64,000 nt of DNA from Somniosus microcephalus. Its lineage: Eukaryota. Below are positions 61,743-64,000 of this stretch, one piece after another (positions within the stretch are counted from its first letter, which is position 1; each line of letters starts with the position of its first letter). The stretch spans positions 50,840,001-50,904,000 of the forward strand of contig CM126219.1 of the NCBI GenBank assembly GCA_052327205.1, read 5' to 3'. Below the pieces are notes generated by a model, which was not told the DNA's origin, did no database searches, and was given only the letters and a program-made list of their open reading frames with translations. A program made the position numbers and the translations under genes.

Positions 61743-63738
61743 GTACGTGGGATGAGAGCGCGTAGGATGCTTTGAAGGTCTGGATCGAAGGTCTTGATCA
61801 GTTTGTTGAGTTGGCGGGTGTGTTCTTTGGTCGGATCTGCGGGTAACTGTCTGTAGTGTTCCTGGTTGTCCAGTTGTCGGTATGCTTCTTTGCAATAATC
61901 CGTTCTGTTCGGTATGACGATGGCTCCTCCTTTGTCTTTGTCTGCTGGTTTGATGACGATGTTGCAGTTGGTCTTGAGAGCGTGGATGGCATTGCGTTGT
62001 GCTCGGGTGACATTCTGGGCTGTCTTGTGAGTGCAGCTGATGAATCTGGCATTGATGCATCTCCTGACAGCTTGAGCATACATGTCAAGCTTAGGGCAGC
62101 GACCCTGCGGAGGGGTCCAATTTGATTCTTTCTTCTTCGGTTGCCATCCTACAACTCATCCGCTTCATCCTTGACCACAATATCTTCACCTTTGACAACC
62201 AGTTCTTTACCCAAACACACGGAACAGCCATGGGGACCAAATTCGCATGCCAATACGCCAACATCTTCATGCACAAGTTCGAGCAAGACTTCTTCGCTGC
62301 ACAGGACCTCCAACCAACGCTATACACCAGATACATCGATGACATTTTCTTCCTATTGATCCACGGCGAAGAATCACTGAAAAGACTACACGATAACATC
62401 AACAAGTTCCATCCCACCATCAAACTCACCATGGACTACTCCTCAGAATCGGTTTCATTCTTGGACACACGAATCTCCATCAAAGACGGAAACCTCAGCA
62501 CTTCACTCTACCGCAAGCCCACGGACAACCTCACGATGCTCCACTTCTCCAGCTTCCACCCTAACCACGTTAAAGAAGCCATCCCCTATGGACAAGCCCT
62601 GTGAATACACAGGATCTGCTCAGACGAGGAAGAACGCGATGGACACCTACAGACGCTCTCGTAAGAACAGGATATGACGCTCGACTCGTCGATCGACAGT
62701 TCCGACGGGCCACAGCAAAAAATCGCATAGACCTCCTCACAAGACAAACACGGGACACAACCAACAGAGTACCCTTCGTCGTCCAGTACTTCCCCGGAGC
62801 GGAGAAACTACGCCATGTTCTTCGCAGCCTTCAACATGTCATCGATGACGACGAACACCTCGCTAAGGCCATCCCCACACCTCCACTACTCGCCATCAAA
62901 CAGCCGCCTAACCTCAAACAGACCATCGTTCGCAGCAAATTACCCAGCTTTCAGGAGAACAGCGACCACGACACCACATAACCCTGCCACGGCAACCTCT
63001 GCAAGACATGCCAGATCATCAACACAGATACCATCATCACACATGAGGACACCACCCACCAGGTACATGGTACATACTCATGTGACTCGGCCAATGTTGT
63101 CTACCTCATACGTTGCAGGAAAGGATGCCCCGGAGCATGGTACATCAGCGAAACCATGCAGACACTGCAACAACGGATGAACGGACACCGCACAACAATC
63201 GCCAGGCAGGAGTGTTCCCTCCCAGTCGGGGAACACTTCAGCAGTCAAGGACATTCAGCCTCTGATCTTCGGGTAAGCATTCTCCAAGGCGGCCTTCGAG
63301 ACACACGACAACACAAAATCGCCGAGCAGAAACTGATAGCCTAGTTCTGCACTCATGAGGACGGCCTCAACCGGAATCTTGGGTTCATGTCACGCTACAT
63401 GTAACCCCACCTGACGTAGAGTCATCCAGACTCAAGTCGTCCTTGGCTTGTTCTCGCTACACAGATGCGGCCGGACCTGCTGTGATCTCCAGCAAAAAAG
63501 TTTTTTGTTTGTTTTTTGTTTTTCATACAGACCACAGCATCTGCAACATTTGACCCCTCGTCACCCCACCTCATTGTTCTTTGATGTAATGTTTTCCTGA
63601 CTGACCTGTTTGGACACCATTCACAGCTGTGATTATCTCTCTGCCGAGGTGTGATAAAGGGCAGTTAGAAAGATTACCTGTAATCATCTGGCAGTACTCT
63701 CTGACTATATATGCTGTGCTTATATGCAACTCTTCACT

Positions 63739-63775
63739 TCACCTGACGAAGGAGTAGCGCTCCGAAAGCTTGTGA
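63739..63775 (+). ncRNA. Minimal type-I hammerhead ribozyme (inverted-arm copy)
   Basis: tcac-CTGACGA-a-ggagt-agc-gctcc-GAAA-gc-tt-gtga. The C>T change keeps pairing as a G-U wobble. Confidence 0.72.
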
Positions 63776-64000
63776 TTTCGAATAAAGCTGTTGGACTATA
63801 ACCTGGTGTTTGACTTCTTACAACATCAGTAACAAAACAGATTATCTGTGTATTATCTCATTGCTAATTGTGGGAGGTTGCTGTGTGCAACTTGGTCACA
63901 TTTCCTACATTACAACTGTGATTTCACTTCAAATTACTTCATTGGATGTAAAACACATTGGGACATCCTGAAGTTGTGAAAGGTGTTATATAAATACAAG

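Larger units (their letters stand above)
58080..63820 (-). mobile_element. PLE (second family): 5'-truncated minus-strand body 62142-58080 plus an inverted copy of its 3' 1.7 kb at 62143-63822
   Basis: IVIKPADK..GGAIVI, MDISALY, GTAMG, RYIDD, CKTC and VVYLIRC motifs. 13-bp TSD caaca(c/t)cagtaac. Confidence 0.92.
57797..64000 (+). mobile_element. tRNA-derived SINE split by a PLE insertion (57797-58079 and 63821-64000)
   Basis: The head has A/B boxes. The body resumes at caacatcagtaacaaaacagattatctg and ends in the L2-type tail gtgaaaggtgttatataaat. Confidence 0.8.

Overview
Vertebrate genomic DNA with no recognisable host protein-coding exon. The repeat landscape (shark-type CR1, L2, Penelope-like elements, tRNA-derived SINEs, Harbinger MITEs) points to a cartilaginous fish, which is an inference. 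The first ~5.2 kb is almost repeat-free and looks like the end of a long 3' UTR. The rest is a dense, heavily nested transposon field. It contains several Penelope-like elements (PLEs) with minimal hammerhead ribozymes, two Mag-type Gypsy elements with very short LTRs, CR1/L2 LINE fragments, PIF/Harbinger derivatives (two Myb/SANT-only, one transposase-only, several MITEs) and a solo LTR. The most unusual objects are: (i) a 7.3-kb long-LTR retroelement (45166-52484) encoding Gag but no recognisable PR/RT/IN, with a 12-copy conserved-repeat/variable-spacer array (NRF1-like DNA motif, RAGAVA peptide) in place of pol; (ii) a PLE inserted as a 1.7-kb-arm inverted repeat whose arms share disabling mutations; (iii) a Harbinger with perfect TIRs that keeps a phase-consistent three-exon Myb/SANT gene but no transposase; (iv) a five-level nested insertion stack. 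All calls were made by eye, without alignment tools, so coordinates of degraded repeats are approximate.
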